DNA of 61,437 nt, the filler included, from Globobulimina sp. (taxonomy: Eukaryota): the NCBI GenBank assembly GCA_003354225.1. It is 15 parts of 15 records of this genome, joined end to end, with 100 filler letters (N's around TTAATTAATTAA, not from the genome) between each part and the next. Parts side by side here need not be neighbours in the genome. Positions count along the whole stretch, not along the records: positions 28,736 to 32,737 come from PIVH01001759.1; positions 32,838 to 36,839 come from PIVH01001760.1; positions 36,940 to 40,940 come from PIVH01001761.1; positions 41,041 to 45,040 come from PIVH01001762.1; 11 more parts are not named here. One strand, 5' to 3'. Of the stretch, positions 32,386 through 45,140 are shown in pieces. Both the position numbers and the translations under genes were made by a program. The notes beneath the pieces are model-generated. The model saw nothing but the letters and a program-made list of their open reading frames with translations. It made no database searches and had not been told where the DNA came from. Within the stretch, counting starts at the first letter, position 1; each line of letters starts with the position of its first letter.

Positions 32386-32737
32386 ATGCCCCTGAATCGA
32401 AAAACCGCATTCATAAATTTGACCACCCAGGAAGTGAGGGTGGAAGAGATCCCTTTGGATTTGAGGAGAAAATATTTCGGGGGCAGGGGTCTGAACATGT
32501 ATTATCTGGCAAAGATGACGCCCCAAGGACTTGATCCCTTTGACCCGGACAACCCCCTGATCTTCGGGGCCGGTCTTCTCACCGGCGTATTCGGGGGCCG
32601 GATGAATGTCTCGGGCAAGTCCCCGGAAAGCGGATATCTGGGAGATTCCAATGTGGGCGGTTATTTTGGGGCTGAGTTAGCCGGCACCGGGTACAGCAAC
32701 CTGGTGATCACCGGGAAAGCCAAGAAGCTTGTCTCTC
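32386..32737 (+). CDS. aor: Bacterial aldehyde:ferredoxin oxidoreductase (AOR family) N-terminus, truncated
   Basis: INLT...KYFGGRGL...DPFDPDNPLIFGAGLLTG...KSP.SG..GDSNVGG.FG.EL...G..NLVITGKA; GGAG RBS; higher GC. Confidence 0.9.
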
Positions 32738-32837
32738 NNNNNNNNNNNNNNNNNNNNNNNNNNNNNNNNNNNNNNNNNNNNTTAATTAATTAANNNNNNN
32801 NNNNNNNNNNNNNNNNNNNNNNNNNNNNNNNNNNNNN

Positions 32838-33256
32838 TAACAGTGATTCATATTCAGCAATATTCTTCCTCTATAAATTGTTTAGTGTGGTTCTGTCCAC
32901 ATGGGTCATCCAATTGATTCGACATCAATCCCCAAAATGGCTACCCACATTAAAATGGGTTATATGTGCATGTTTCGTGGTAAATATATTGGAAGCAGTA
33001 TTGTTTGGTATTTTGATAGCATTGGAAAGAAATATGCACTAAACAATTTATAGAGGAAGAATATTGCTGAATATGAATCACTGTTAATATTAAGAAAACA
33101 TATGGGCCCTAATATAAATGGCATTATCCAATACAACAGCACTTGCATTATACGAAAACGACGACTTAATTCCATGCACAAAACGAACATAATTATGTAC
33201 AGTGGAATGAAAAAGGCAGCCGTCCAAACAGGTAAAGACTCGCCTGACGGTGGCAT
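32838..33256 (-). CDS. Membrane protein (DUF5692-like) scrambled by a fold-back inversion
   Basis: 5' half on the minus strand (33256-33038); continuation on the plus strand from 32838 (YKLFSVVLSTWVIQLIRH...VNILEAV); 32838-32887 is the reverse complement of 33038-33087. Confidence 0.5.
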
Positions 33257-34174
33257 GTTTCAAGCTCCAAGTTTCTGATACTAAAATTCTCTCAAGTTTT
33301 GGAAGTGTCACACTATCGATGCACAGTCCAAGCAACGCCATAACACAGTCATCACATCATATACGAACTCATTCTAACTATTTTCGCGAGAGTTGTCAAC
33401 ATTGAAGCATTGAAATCAATGGTGTCTACAATTGTATTCAAATGAAACCGACAATATTCCCAGTTTTAGGATTCATATACTTTTGGGATTTTGAAACTCA
33501 GCGATTCTTTTGCAGACAGAAACGTTTTTCAATGTTTTGAATTACCATAAAACGTTTTTGACACACAGCAATTCATTTGTATACAGACACAAAGTTCTAA
33601 AGTCCTGGAATTAATAAAAAACGACAATGATTATGAAAAGAAACTGAGCGACAATGATTTTGAAAATTAGTATAATGTGACTTTAGTATCCTGGTTATAG
33701 TCTAATTAATAAAAGGATGTTAAAAAAGAATGATAATCGACATCTGTTAGCCATGCTATATTGATTCTGGAAAACAAACTGAATATTCAAAATCTTTGGA
33801 TATATATAAATTTTAATTTAATTGTTTTATGTAGTCATTGTCCACTTAGGTACTCTGTGAAACTGTGTGTTCTCGAAGACAAGTGCCAGTTTAATTCTAT
33901 CTGTGCGTGCTGTGTAATATAATCTTGACTATACTGCGGCAGTAATGCTGCTTTCATACATACAGCACCACCGAAAGTCCATGCAAAAATTGAATAAATC
34001 ATTGTCATCACAAACACAAATTACTGCACTTGTTTTTCAAATGGTTTGCGTGATTTTTTTAATGCTGATTGCATTTAGCATTTTTAATTATTTGTTTTCA
34101 GATTCTTTAATCAAAAGTAAAAAGTTTTTTTAGTTTGATATCAGAGCCTTCGTTCAACCAACCAACGAAAGAAA

Positions 34175-35134
34175 ATGGCACACGATCCAAACAACATTGA
34201 TGATATCGATCTAAAACAAAAAACCGATGCAGACGACATATCAATTGAACAAAAGATATGCAATGCTATATGTGCTGGTGATATGGATGAATTACAAATG
34301 TTTTTATTAGAAGATGTAGATTTAAATAAATTAGGAACATACAATAAAAAAGGAAAAGGAAACGAGAAAATAACACCGTTACATGTAGCGTGTGCTAAAA
34401 AAAACTTGAAAGCATGTAAGCTATTAATAAAATCTAAATCCAATATTAAAGCCGATATGAATATTAAATCATTTCCAAAGGGCAATACTCCATTACATAT
34501 TGCCGCAATGTGGGCGCAACATAAAATTGTAGCATTCTTATTAAAAAACGGGGCAAACCCAGTCGCAAATAACAATAAACAAAAAAATCCGTTACAAATA
34601 ATTGGTAGTAAATATAAAGGAAATCAGTTAAAAGATGCAAAAGTAATTAATGGCAAAATGGAAACACAAATACTTTTATTACAAGCCGGTGGTAAAAAAG
34701 CGATTGAAGTTCAAGATGACATTGATGAGGATTTCATGGATGCGAAAGATGGATTTGATATATTAAAAATTGAAAGTAATGCGAGGCTTAACAAATTGAA
34801 GAAATCTGGTTCGTTAAACGTTTTTGGTGCAACGCATCTTAATCCATACTTATATGTACAAACAAACAGAATGAAAGCATGGAAACAGAAAAATAAGTGC
34901 AATGTGCAAGAATATTTAAACAAACGACATATTAAAGTTAAAGTACCACAATGGGATGATAAAGATAATGAAATCACACATATTGATTTATCAAAAGTTG
35001 CATTATTGCAATTAGCAGCAGCAAAGGAATTATTATCTTCATCTGGATTGCATTTAATACCCGAACCACAACAAGAATTACCCAAAAGAGCTAAATTTAA
35101 AAAGGAAAAAGCAAGTAAAAAATCAAAAAAATAA
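34175..35134 (+). CDS. Ankyrin-repeat protein
   Basis: TPLHVAC, GNTPLHIAA, LLKNGANP. Confidence 0.9.
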   Translation: MAHDPNNIDDIDLKQKTDADDISIEQKICNAICAGDMDELQMFLLEDVDLNKLGTYNKKGKGNEKITPLHVACAKKNLKACKLLIKSKSNIKADMNIKSFPKGNTPLHIAAMWAQHKIVAFLLKNGANPVANNNKQKNPLQIIGSKYKGNQLKDAKVINGKMETQILLLQAGGKKAIEVQDDIDEDFMDAKDGFDILKIESNARLNKLKKSGSLNVFGATHLNPYLYVQTNRMKAWKQKNKCNVQEYLNKRHIKVKVPQWDDKDNEITHIDLSKVALLQLAAAKELLSSSGLHLIPEPQQELPKRAKFKKEKASKKSKK

Positions 35135-35177
35135 TTTACAAATAATGTTTTTTTTCTAGCGAACATGTCAACATAAC

Positions 35178-36839
35178 ATGACAGAGCATACCAAGTCCTT
35201 TGATATAGCCGTATTAATTGATTCAAAAGGTCAATATACGCATGTACTGCACGAAGACGTCAATTACGAAATGAAACCCCGGCATCTCCATTTTAAAACC
35301 TCTCAAAAATATGTCAAAGGTGATATTAATATCATAATGGATTGTTGCGATGTCGTACAAGAAATCGATACCGAAAGATATATCAAAGGATTTATAAAAA
35401 AATCAAACGATATTTCCAACTCCTTCTCCAACATCGAAAAAATTCATTTATTCCGCTTTAAAGATACACCATTTGCCAATATATGGCATCAATATGTGGC
35501 CAAACAAAAGCAAACCAAATGCCATATCGTAGTGTTGGTCAATAACCTGAATCAGCCCAAATATATGTTATATTCCTCCTGTGTCAATTTCTTGGCCGAA
35601 TCCATTAAATTCAAATCGTGCCATAACTATCAAAACAACGATATCAAAATATTAAATTCTTTCGCCATCAAAATGAAAACGTTCCAAATCCATAATAAAT
35701 GGAACATTGCTATCAAAAATAAGGCCGATATGCAATTTAAAAATGGCATTCTTTATAATTTTGTAAATGAACAAGTCGAACATGAATTTTTCAATCAATC
35801 CTATGATGTGGCGCTGGTCACCAATACCAAGAATGAAATGGTCGCCTTATTATCGCAGGTTACTTATATCCGCGGCGAGAATGCCATCGAATTTGAGAGC
35901 GACACTAAATATAAAAATGGCTTCTATCAAAAAGTAAAAGAATGCGGCGTGTTACAGAAATCATTGACCAATGTCAGCCAATATCGGCCGCATTCAGTGC
36001 CAAATGTACATAAATGTCTATTATTTAGCATAGCGGAGACAAATATTGATAAATGGATCGATTTTATTGAAGCAGCCACAAATATATTTTACGATGTTGG
36101 CATCATTATAAATACACAAAATAAACAGATATATTTCTTAAACAAAGTGCATGTGGACGCCACCCACAATACCATTAATTTTGGCGGCTGTGAACCATAT
36201 AAGTATGTACACGCAAATTCGCATGCAAATATTTTTATTTTTTGCTTTATAAATTCCGATCGAAATTAAATTAGTTTGACGTACATATTTTTGTAACATA
36301 AAGGGAGAAACATCAAGATTTAATTTATAAATTCGGCGCCTTCATCGAAGGCAAACCGTTGCATGATTTGACAATCCCAAAACTCGCAAATGACGGTGTG
36401 AACAAATTGCAAACTATAAATTTTTATCGTTGGGATACCAATAAAAAAGCCGAAAGACCGCCGCCGCAAAAAAACAACTTGTTAAATATTGAAATCACGG
36501 CACCTGAGCGCAAAACGTGTGCGGTCGGCAGCAACGGCAAAATGAGAAAAAAAGGCAAATCAATGAGTGCGTTGCCGCCCGGCGCTGAGGACATACACAA
36601 AGAAGTTCGCAGTGCCAAATTCAAAAAAAGAACGAAAAAAAGCAAAAGTATAAAAGTAAATAAAATCAAAGTGAAAAAAGAGTCGAGTCTCGGTAAACAA
36701 TTTAAGAAATCGGGTAAAAAAAAGAAAGAGGGCAAAGGGAAACGAATCCGGAGTCGCAGCGCAATGCCGACCGGTTCCGACAAAGTGCACAAAGAAGTTA
36801 AACGGGAACGGGAGGCCAATTGCAAAAAAAAGGGACATT
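35178..36839 (+). CDS. Hypothetical protein with internal repeats and a Lys-rich C-terminal region, spliced, truncated
   Basis: Repeated F/YD(I/V)(A/G)(V/L/I) units; intron near 36205-36303; duplicated SA(L/M)P.G...HKEV motif. Confidence 0.6.
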
Positions 36840-36939
36840 NNNNNNNNNNNNNNNNNNNNNNNNNNNNNNNNNNNNNNNNNNNNTTAATTAATTAANNNNN
36901 NNNNNNNNNNNNNNNNNNNNNNNNNNNNNNNNNNNNNNN

Positions 36940-38452
36940 GTTAATAGCCTGGAAATTTAATTTCGATGAACAAGGAACGAATGTAATGAAAGGTTTAAAT
37001 CTATGGCAGACATTGCAACAAAGCTGCATAGATTTATTGAGCCCTCCAACCAGAAAATTCGACTTTTGGTTTTTCAGAGATAACATATTAAATTCATCTC
37101 TTTGGTTTCAGCAATATGGAACAAACAGATATTTATATCAAGAATTGATTGATATCATTGACAAAATATCACAAAAAGAACAGTCCATTTTGAAAGTATC
37201 GTTGTTACAAACCATCGATGACGAAAAAAATGAATATTGGACGAAATTAAAACAATTTGAATACAGAATGCCAAACGTTATAATTAACGCTGCCGCAGAA
37301 CAGAAAGAGAAAATTAATATTGATTCGCTGTTACGACAAGATGCAAATTTTAGTTTCAAAGAGTGGCATAACAATGGCTTACAAGCTACGCATTCAGCGT
37401 CGTATTTAGATGATAAATCTTTAGATTTAAGGTTTAATATTACGCGATATTACGACAATAAAATATATTTACCACGTTTAAGATTCGTAGCGTTTATAAT
37501 TAACAATCAATTTCAGTCAACAATCAAACAGTTAATGGCAAAGAGTAAAATATCAGGCTATGCACTGCAAGGCGGCCCATTGAAGACTATGGAAAGATGT
37601 TTGATTAAAACAGAAACAGATTATGCACAGTGTACATTTCCTAAAACAGCGCGAGTGTTGGATGTGGCGCGCTGTTCAATTACGTTTGAAAGATGTAAAG
37701 ATTTGTATGACGGCTTATTGTTTATTGTGACACAAATTGAAGCACAAAAGACTGGCTTTAAATTAGTGGCTCGAATTAAAAATACTTTTTGTGACATTGA
37801 TGTGAATCAGCCGCAATATGGAGATATTAAAATAAATGCGGTGTTTGAGCATGATAGTCTTTGTATGATTGTTGAACTCCAATTATTATTGTCGTGTTTA
37901 TTAAAATTTAAAAAAAGGAATCATAATCTTTATGCTGTTCAACGCAAAGAAGAGTTTTTCAAAAATGTAATCCATTTAAATGCACTCATTCAGCCTGAAC
38001 ATAGTTTTTTTACTGCCGCAGCGGTCGGGGATATTAAAACTATTTATCATGCTATAAAATATTTTGATATTGATGTAAATTTAACTGACGACAGGCAAGA
38101 AACTCCATTGTTTCATGCGGTGAGAAATAATAAATTAAAAGCGGTGAGATTATTGGTTGAATATGGTGCAAATGTAAATGATTTAAATTCGAGTGGATGG
38201 GGCTGTTTATATTCAGCCGCTGCAAAAGGGAATATTGTAATTATTAAATATTTACTGTTTGAATGTAAAGCAAATCCAAATCCATCAAAAGAAAAATGCC
38301 CAGTTACAATTGCTGCGTTTAGTGGTCATTTTGAATGTGTTAAATGTTTGGTTGAAAATGGAAGTTTTATTGAACAAAAAGCACTGTCACTTTCAAGAAG
38401 ACATTATGATATATTTCAATATCTTGAAGAGCAATTTCAAAATCAAAAATAA
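36940..38452 (+). CDS. RelA/SpoT-like nucleotidyltransferase domain plus ankyrin repeats, 5' truncated
   Basis: GPLKTMERCLIK, DVARCSITF, RIKN, QYGDIKIN and VELQL, followed by ETPLFHAV and LVEYGANVN ankyrin repeats. Confidence 0.75.
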
Positions 38453-38514
38453 ACTGTCCTGTAACTTGTACTATATAATTATTTCCTAATTACCAAAACA
38501 TGACATCGTTGTTT

Positions 38515-38705
38515 TCAAGTTGTTGTATTAAATATCCATTTAAATCCGTACGCAGATTTATGCTGACAATTACATGCTTCCACGATATTGCCAGCATGAT
38601 AACCAATTTGTTTTCTGATAGTCAATGAGTTTTCCCAATTTTTCAATACTACCCCTGTATGCTTATCCAACTGCTGAATAGGCTGTTTTGATTTTTTAAA
38701 TCCAA
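38515..38705 (-). pseudogene. NUMOD1-like DNA-binding domain relic
   Basis: SKQPIQQLDKHTGVVLKNW.N...I...IG.....I..AC....KSAYGFKW. Confidence 0.55.
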
Positions 38706-38970
38706 AGTTAAGATGAGGACACATGTGAGTGTGTTGACATTGTGACTGACATTTAATCTCTTGACTTGCGATTTCATGCAAACCAAACTGACAACATCGC
38801 GATTGTTGTTTTAAAACTTTCAAAAACATTAATTTATTAATATAAACATTTAAGATTATAGTGTCGCACTTTGTGTTGTGGAAGTTTGTATAACGATCAT
38901 ATAACAAATATCTCAAAAAAAAACTGTACAATTATCTGAATCCCGAATCAGAAACGTTTTTATATTAAAA

Positions 38971-40126
38971 TTATTGCATATTCTTGGCCAAATTGTCCTC
39001 AACTTGAGAACTCATACTATTTATCCTTTTGATGGATGGAAATGCCCAATGAAACCATAGAAATCCAATACATAAACGTCTTTCATTTATTGTCTGAAAA
39101 TAGCATATTTCTCGTTGTAAATCATTATTTAAAAAAATAATATACATTGAAATTAATGAATAGCCATAAAATGTAAATAAATGATAAAACATTACTCCTG
39201 GAAAATATTTCCAACCATTATCAGAAGTACATGCTGTCTCAGTTATTATCCATAACATATTTCCAACAAATATCATAATTATCCCACGGGCATAACATTT
39301 AAATGCAACATGTGCCATACCTGCGGAATGAACAATTGTTCCTGAAACAATATACAAATTATAAATGTACTTAAAAATAGAAACATTACATACCAATCTG
39401 TTTATTTTTGCGTTTTGCCATTATATAAAATAAGCACAATGAAATAAATACAATTAAGGGAATAACTAACACAAATACCATAAATATATAGTTATAATAA
39501 TATAGATTGCAGCCATTAATATTATAAACAATGAGAACAAATATTGCAGCAACACAAAGAATCCATGCAATTATTTTTAGGACTGGCCTCGAAACAAAAT
39601 CGTTCTGATTTAATACATTTTCAATTGTAATATCATCCGCTTTATCAATACATACTGGTCTTTGTGCTGCAAAATCAATGCCTGCGCCATCACCGGTTGG
39701 TGTTTTCGATTGCGACACACTGCCCGCTCGGTTATATTTCCTTGTAATTTTTGATCTTTTTGATCCTGTAATTATAACATAATCGTAATTATTCATAAAC
39801 GTATCAATGGATAACTTTATTAATAAATATACAGTAATTATAATGGATACAGTCTCCATAAATAACCATTCTCTTTCACCATTCCAATGCGTTAAAAATG
39901 AAAAAATGCCATTAAACATGAATGATGAGGATATAAATCGTAATAACAATATGCTATGTTGGTAAAAAAATAAATTGTAAAAACCAATTAACGCTATCAC
40001 CAACGCACTGAAACAATTCATATACTCATGTTGAGGGAATACAAATCTTTCACAAAATCGCAAATCTGTCGCCCCAAAAAAATAATATTCATCCTCTCGA
40101 AAACAATCACCGTTGCTGTTGCCCAT
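38971..40126 (-). CDS. Alkaline ceramidase-like (CREST family) membrane protein, spliced
   Basis: FCE...EYMNCFS, GIFSFLTH, LWIITE..C, FYHLFTFYG. Confidence 0.75.
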
Positions 40127-40210
40127 TGCAGCTGTAAGTCTGTAAATGTGCCGCTAAAAAAAAACTTTTTTAATCTCGTTCTGTCATTAACATCACAAAA
40201 CTATATTTTT

Positions 40211-40940
40211 ATGATCACAAACTCACAGTCACCGACACAAACCACCAAGCAAAAGCAAATAAATCCATCATCGGATCGTTCAAAAAGTTTCGTAAAAATA
40301 GTGCATGAATATTTTCTTGTACGTTGCGTGCAAACTTATTATTGAACAAACATAAAATACTTAATTATAAATAGCTACTTTATCGGTACAAATTGGTGAA
40401 GAAGAAGAGAATGATAATAACGTAGCAATACCAACAAGACAGCAAATAAAGAATGCATTAAATTTATCAATACTCTCCAATGTATTTTTATTTTTCCTAA
40501 AGATTTTTGCCTTCTTTAGGTCCGGTTCCATAGCAATCTTAGCGTCGATGGTTGATTCTGCGGTTGATTTGATTGCTAAGATCGCAATGTATTTCGTTGA
40601 GAAAAACATGAATAAACACAGTGAGAAATTCCCTGTCGGAAAAAGAAGATTAGAGCCAATATCTGTTTTGGCCATAAGTATGTTAATGATTATGTCCTCA
40701 ATCTTAGTTATTCGCGAATCTGTATCATCATTAATTGCATTAAAACAATCGGCAACTCAGCAAAACGCGCAATATTCGCACTTTTCCGCTATAACTATGG
40801 TCATTGTTATCGGCTGTAAGTATTCGTTATGGATTTATTGTCGGCGATTCAACGAATCCGCAATCGTGAAAACGTTATCTGAGGATCATATAAATGATAC
40901 TTTGAGTAATATTGTAGCTTTCTCGGCGTAGCTCATTTCA
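40211..40940 (+). CDS. Cation diffusion facilitator (Mn-CDF/MTP-like), spliced, truncated
   Basis: SGSIAILASMVDSAVDL, FPVGKRRLEP, DHINDTLSN; start codon uncertain. Confidence 0.85.
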
Positions 40941-41040
40941 NNNNNNNNNNNNNNNNNNNNNNNNNNNNNNNNNNNNNNNNNNNNTTAATTAATTAANNNN
41001 NNNNNNNNNNNNNNNNNNNNNNNNNNNNNNNNNNNNNNNN

Positions 41041-41873
41041 ATTTAGCGGGTACTTTTCTATCTTTTGTAATATCAAAATATGTTAACGATCATTTTAATT
41101 TCTATGTTATAAATGCTTTATTCATCGCAACTCTGTTTTATTTAACAGTATTTGTCAGAGAACCAAAAACAAAAGAAATGGAGAGCTGTAATGCATGGAC
41201 AATAAATCCATGCAATTCTTTCAAATATTTGTGCTCAAATCCAGTGATTTTATGGATCAGTTTATCTTCGAGTTTAGACTCTTTACAATCGGCTGGATTA
41301 TCTGCTATTGCAATCCTTGTTTTTTGTGATTTGTTTAATGCATCGCAAGAAGAATCAAACGTGATATCTCTGATGTATACGATTGGATCGTCGATTGGAT
41401 TAATTTTAGGACCACTTCTTCTACAAATATTGCAGAAATGTGGTATTTCGCAATATAGAATATTATTAATTATAATTGTTTTTATGATGCTAAATAGTTT
41501 GGGAATGTGTTTGGTTTTACTTTTTAAAGAAATGTGGTTGATAGCTATTAGTGCTTTTATTGGAGGAATTTCTTGGTTAAGTTCAGCGGTTTATAGTAGT
41601 ATATTGACTTCGCATTGCAATCAAAATGAGAAAGGTATTGGTTTGGGAGTTATGTTTGCATGCAATGGATTAACAAATATATTCGCACCATTTCTATTTG
41701 CATTGCTTAATCAATATTTAAAGGCTCATTCAATGGAATATGGCATATTTTTATTTAGTTTTTTGTTAGCTTTTATTGCATTTATAATGTGTATTCCTTT
41801 GAAAGGCGCAATTAAAACACAAGAAAGCAAAGAATGTAATGATAGTAACAAACCTTTATTACAAGCAGAATGA
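41041..41873 (+). CDS. MFS transporter C-terminal half, 5' truncated
   Basis: Six or more TM segments; EKGIGLG...GLTNIFAP motif. Confidence 0.8.
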
Positions 41874-42905
41874 TTCATGATTGGTTGACCTCCGATATAT
41901 TTTATAATTTAATTTATTTTTATTCGATTGGTTGGTATTATTTGTATCTTGTTTCAATGGCGTACCGTCTTTATGATTTTTTTTTTCTTCAAAACTTTAA
42001 GAATCAATTTAAGATTCAACTGCTAAACACAGTCGATCACATAATAAATATACAATCAAACGTGTCGCTCTTTGCAAGAGCCAGATAAGCAGACTATCAG
42101 TCTCTAATCAAAGGTTAACGGACAGAGAAAAAATTATATTTCAGAAAAAATATCAGAAAAAAAAACAGAAAGTCTTAAGGAAATGAAATAACAAAGTCAT
42201 TCCTAAGACTTACTATTGACAAACATAATAAAACATAGATAAACATTATATATCAATTATTTAATAATTAAAGTAAGTTTAACGATCATTATTTTACATT
42301 TCAAACTTTAAATAAAAGAAAAACTTAATTAGCTTATTCATCACACGTTTTATCATTTGATACTTGCGGATATGCGTAATATCCTTAATTCAATTATTAA
42401 TCCCATATCATGCATAAAAATTTAATTGAAATATATAAATATATCCAAATATAAATATATAAATAAATACTTTTTTTTTTTTAATTGAAATATATCCAAA
42501 CAAAATAATAATAACTTTTAATATCTAATAAAACCATTTATCATCGCTAGGCCTACGTGGTTAGCAGGCTGCATCCGCTACGTGGTTAAATGATTTCATT
42601 GCATTTCCACAATCATCGGTCGGCAGATATCTTTCAGACTCGAGGGTGACGAGGGATGGATGGTGTTAGGTGGGCAGAGAAATTGATTCTTAAAGTTTTG
42701 AAGTCTTTATGATAGGTGGAATAACACTTAGCTCGAACATGTTTGGTGTTGCCACAGCTATAACACTCCATTTTCACCTGTTTATAATCTGCTTGGATCC
42801 ATTGCTGAATATTTTGCAAATTGCTTTGAATCAAGGCGTGGAATGATAAGATTGCTGTTATTCAAAATATAGTCCTTTAGTAGGTTCAGCTCAAAAACAA
42901 TTTAA

Positions 42906-44753
42906 ATGGCTTCATTTTATTTATTAGTGATGTTGTTCCATTTGCATTCAGGGCAAATTATTTCACTCAATCCTGATAATACATGGAATGATGATTTGCA
43001 ATTTATAGACGATTATTTACCTGATTACAGTAACAGCTCTATATATGACAATGGCTGGCTGGTGGCAAACGGAGGTAACGTACCAATAAACATAATGACA
43101 AATACACACTTAATTGAAGCTGAAAGCAATGCCAACAACGTTCCTGTCATAGGATTAGAAACTGTGCATTTGAAAACAGAGTTGACAGTCGGTACCGGTC
43201 ACTTTTGTCATGGACCATACCAAAGACAGATGAAAAATGAATCAGGCGGCAGACGCGGAGATTTTGTGTACTGCCGTCGGAATTTTCATTGCAATGAACC
43301 ACCAGAAACGTTAAATATTGAATGGGTAATACTGTATTGCAGAAATGCTGGAGCAGGGTATGAGTTTAATCACCGTGTTCGTGTTGACGACACGTTACAA
43401 TTACCAATAGACACACCCAAAGGCGCCAATTTACCATACAAGAATGTTACCATATTCACACCATCACCAACTATGACATTATTGCCATGCTCTGCAAACT
43501 ATGGACGACGAACCGCACGATTTGAATATCCTGTGAATTATGCAAACAATGAGTTCTTTGTTTCATTTAGAGCTGAAATGGGATCTGATTCGTATTGGTT
43601 TATGCTTTGTAATATATCCATTACTTGTTCTGGTTCACGCACAACAAAATACCCATTACCAACAAAAATATATCCATTACCAACAAAATACCCAACAATT
43701 AGTATTATAACCACTGCCATGCCAACATCTAACGCGCCGACAACAGCAATACCAACAACTAGTTTTCCAACAAGCAGTTTTCCAACCACTGCCATGCCAA
43801 CATCTAGCGCACCGACAACAGCAATACCAACCACTAACACTCCAACAACAACAATGCCCACTACTGCTGCACCAATAACAAATGTACCAACAACTGTTTT
43901 TCCAACATTATATCCTTCAAAATACCCAAACATGGATATACATTCAACACTGTATGTTATTAATGCAGTATGTTTTTTTGTAAAGTAAACAACAAATCTG
44001 ACCATAACATGCAGGGAAACAGCAGATTATGAAGTGATAATCACATTGGATAATGCCAATGAGTTAACTGCAGTGGAATTGGACCAGATAATTGGTGATA
44101 TTGTGAATTTGGAGGATGTAAATAGTGCAGAAATTGTATCTGTTACTGATGATGAGATTATTATTGCAGTGTCTTCCAACGGTGTGTTGGATACAGATGT
44201 AATCAAAGATGTATTAGATGATAGTTATCCTGATATTGAAGTAGAAGTCATTCCAAAAGACGAATTAGATGACGGACCAAATAATTCAGCAAATAATAGT
44301 AATCAACAGGTTATTTTAATAGTTTGCATAGTCGTTTCGGTAATTGTTATTTTTATCGTATTGTTTATTATAGGATGCAAAACTAGCGATTATTTACAAA
44401 GCAGAGAGAAAACCATAATGATGCTGCAGAATTCGAACGCACCACGACTAACAACAGAAGTTGTAAACTCAGACTCAGTAAATACAGATACAGATAATAT
44501 TAATCATACGGATATTATAAATGTATTGAATACAAATTTTGAACTGGAACAGAAAACTAAAGTTACTGAAATGACTGCAAATGAGCCAGAAGGTACAATT
44601 GTGAGTGAAGAATTTGAATACAGTGAAGGAAATCGAGTGATTGATGCAGATGTTGGACAGTGTATTATTACAGCAGGTGAAGATACAAATATCGTGAATA
44701 AATTGGATGATGATGAATTTATTGTGAGTGATGATGATGAAACTTTGCGATGA
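42906..44753 (+). CDS. Type I membrane, mucin-like adhesin with PT(T/S)xx repeats, 2 exons
   Basis: Signal peptide; 15-bp coding repeats at about 43650-43910; intron about 43969-44014; TM segment VILIVCIVVSVIVIFIVLFIIG. Confidence 0.75.
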
Positions 44754-45140
44754 GTTTGTTTTGAATTTGTAAATTGTACGTGAGTGACCATATCTAAAAG
44801 GAAAGCAATTACTTTGGTTCATTTTGGAATATTGCCACTTGGAAAATGTCACAACGTTTTCTAACATTTTTTATATATCATTTATAGTAGTAGCAACATC
44901 AAAACACCATGTCCAAATTACTGATTATAGTGTTGTTTGCAATCTGTTCTTTAGCAGTATTGACACCAGCCATCATACATACAATTTGGAAAACAATGTC
45001 TCATCTATCTCCCACAGCGGGTACATTGGAATGGAAACAANNNNNNNNNNNNNNNNNNNNNNNNNNNNNNNNNNNNNNNNNNNNTTAATTAATTAANNNN
45101 NNNNNNNNNNNNNNNNNNNNNNNNNNNNNNNNNNNNNNNN

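Noticed and set aside
43650-43910. CRISPR-like or non-coding tandem array
   Set aside because: 15-bp units encode PTT mucin-like repeats in frame. The 6-bp repeats near 4790-4860 and 18-bp repeats near 57215-57300 are also coding. No repeat-spacer array or cas gene was seen.
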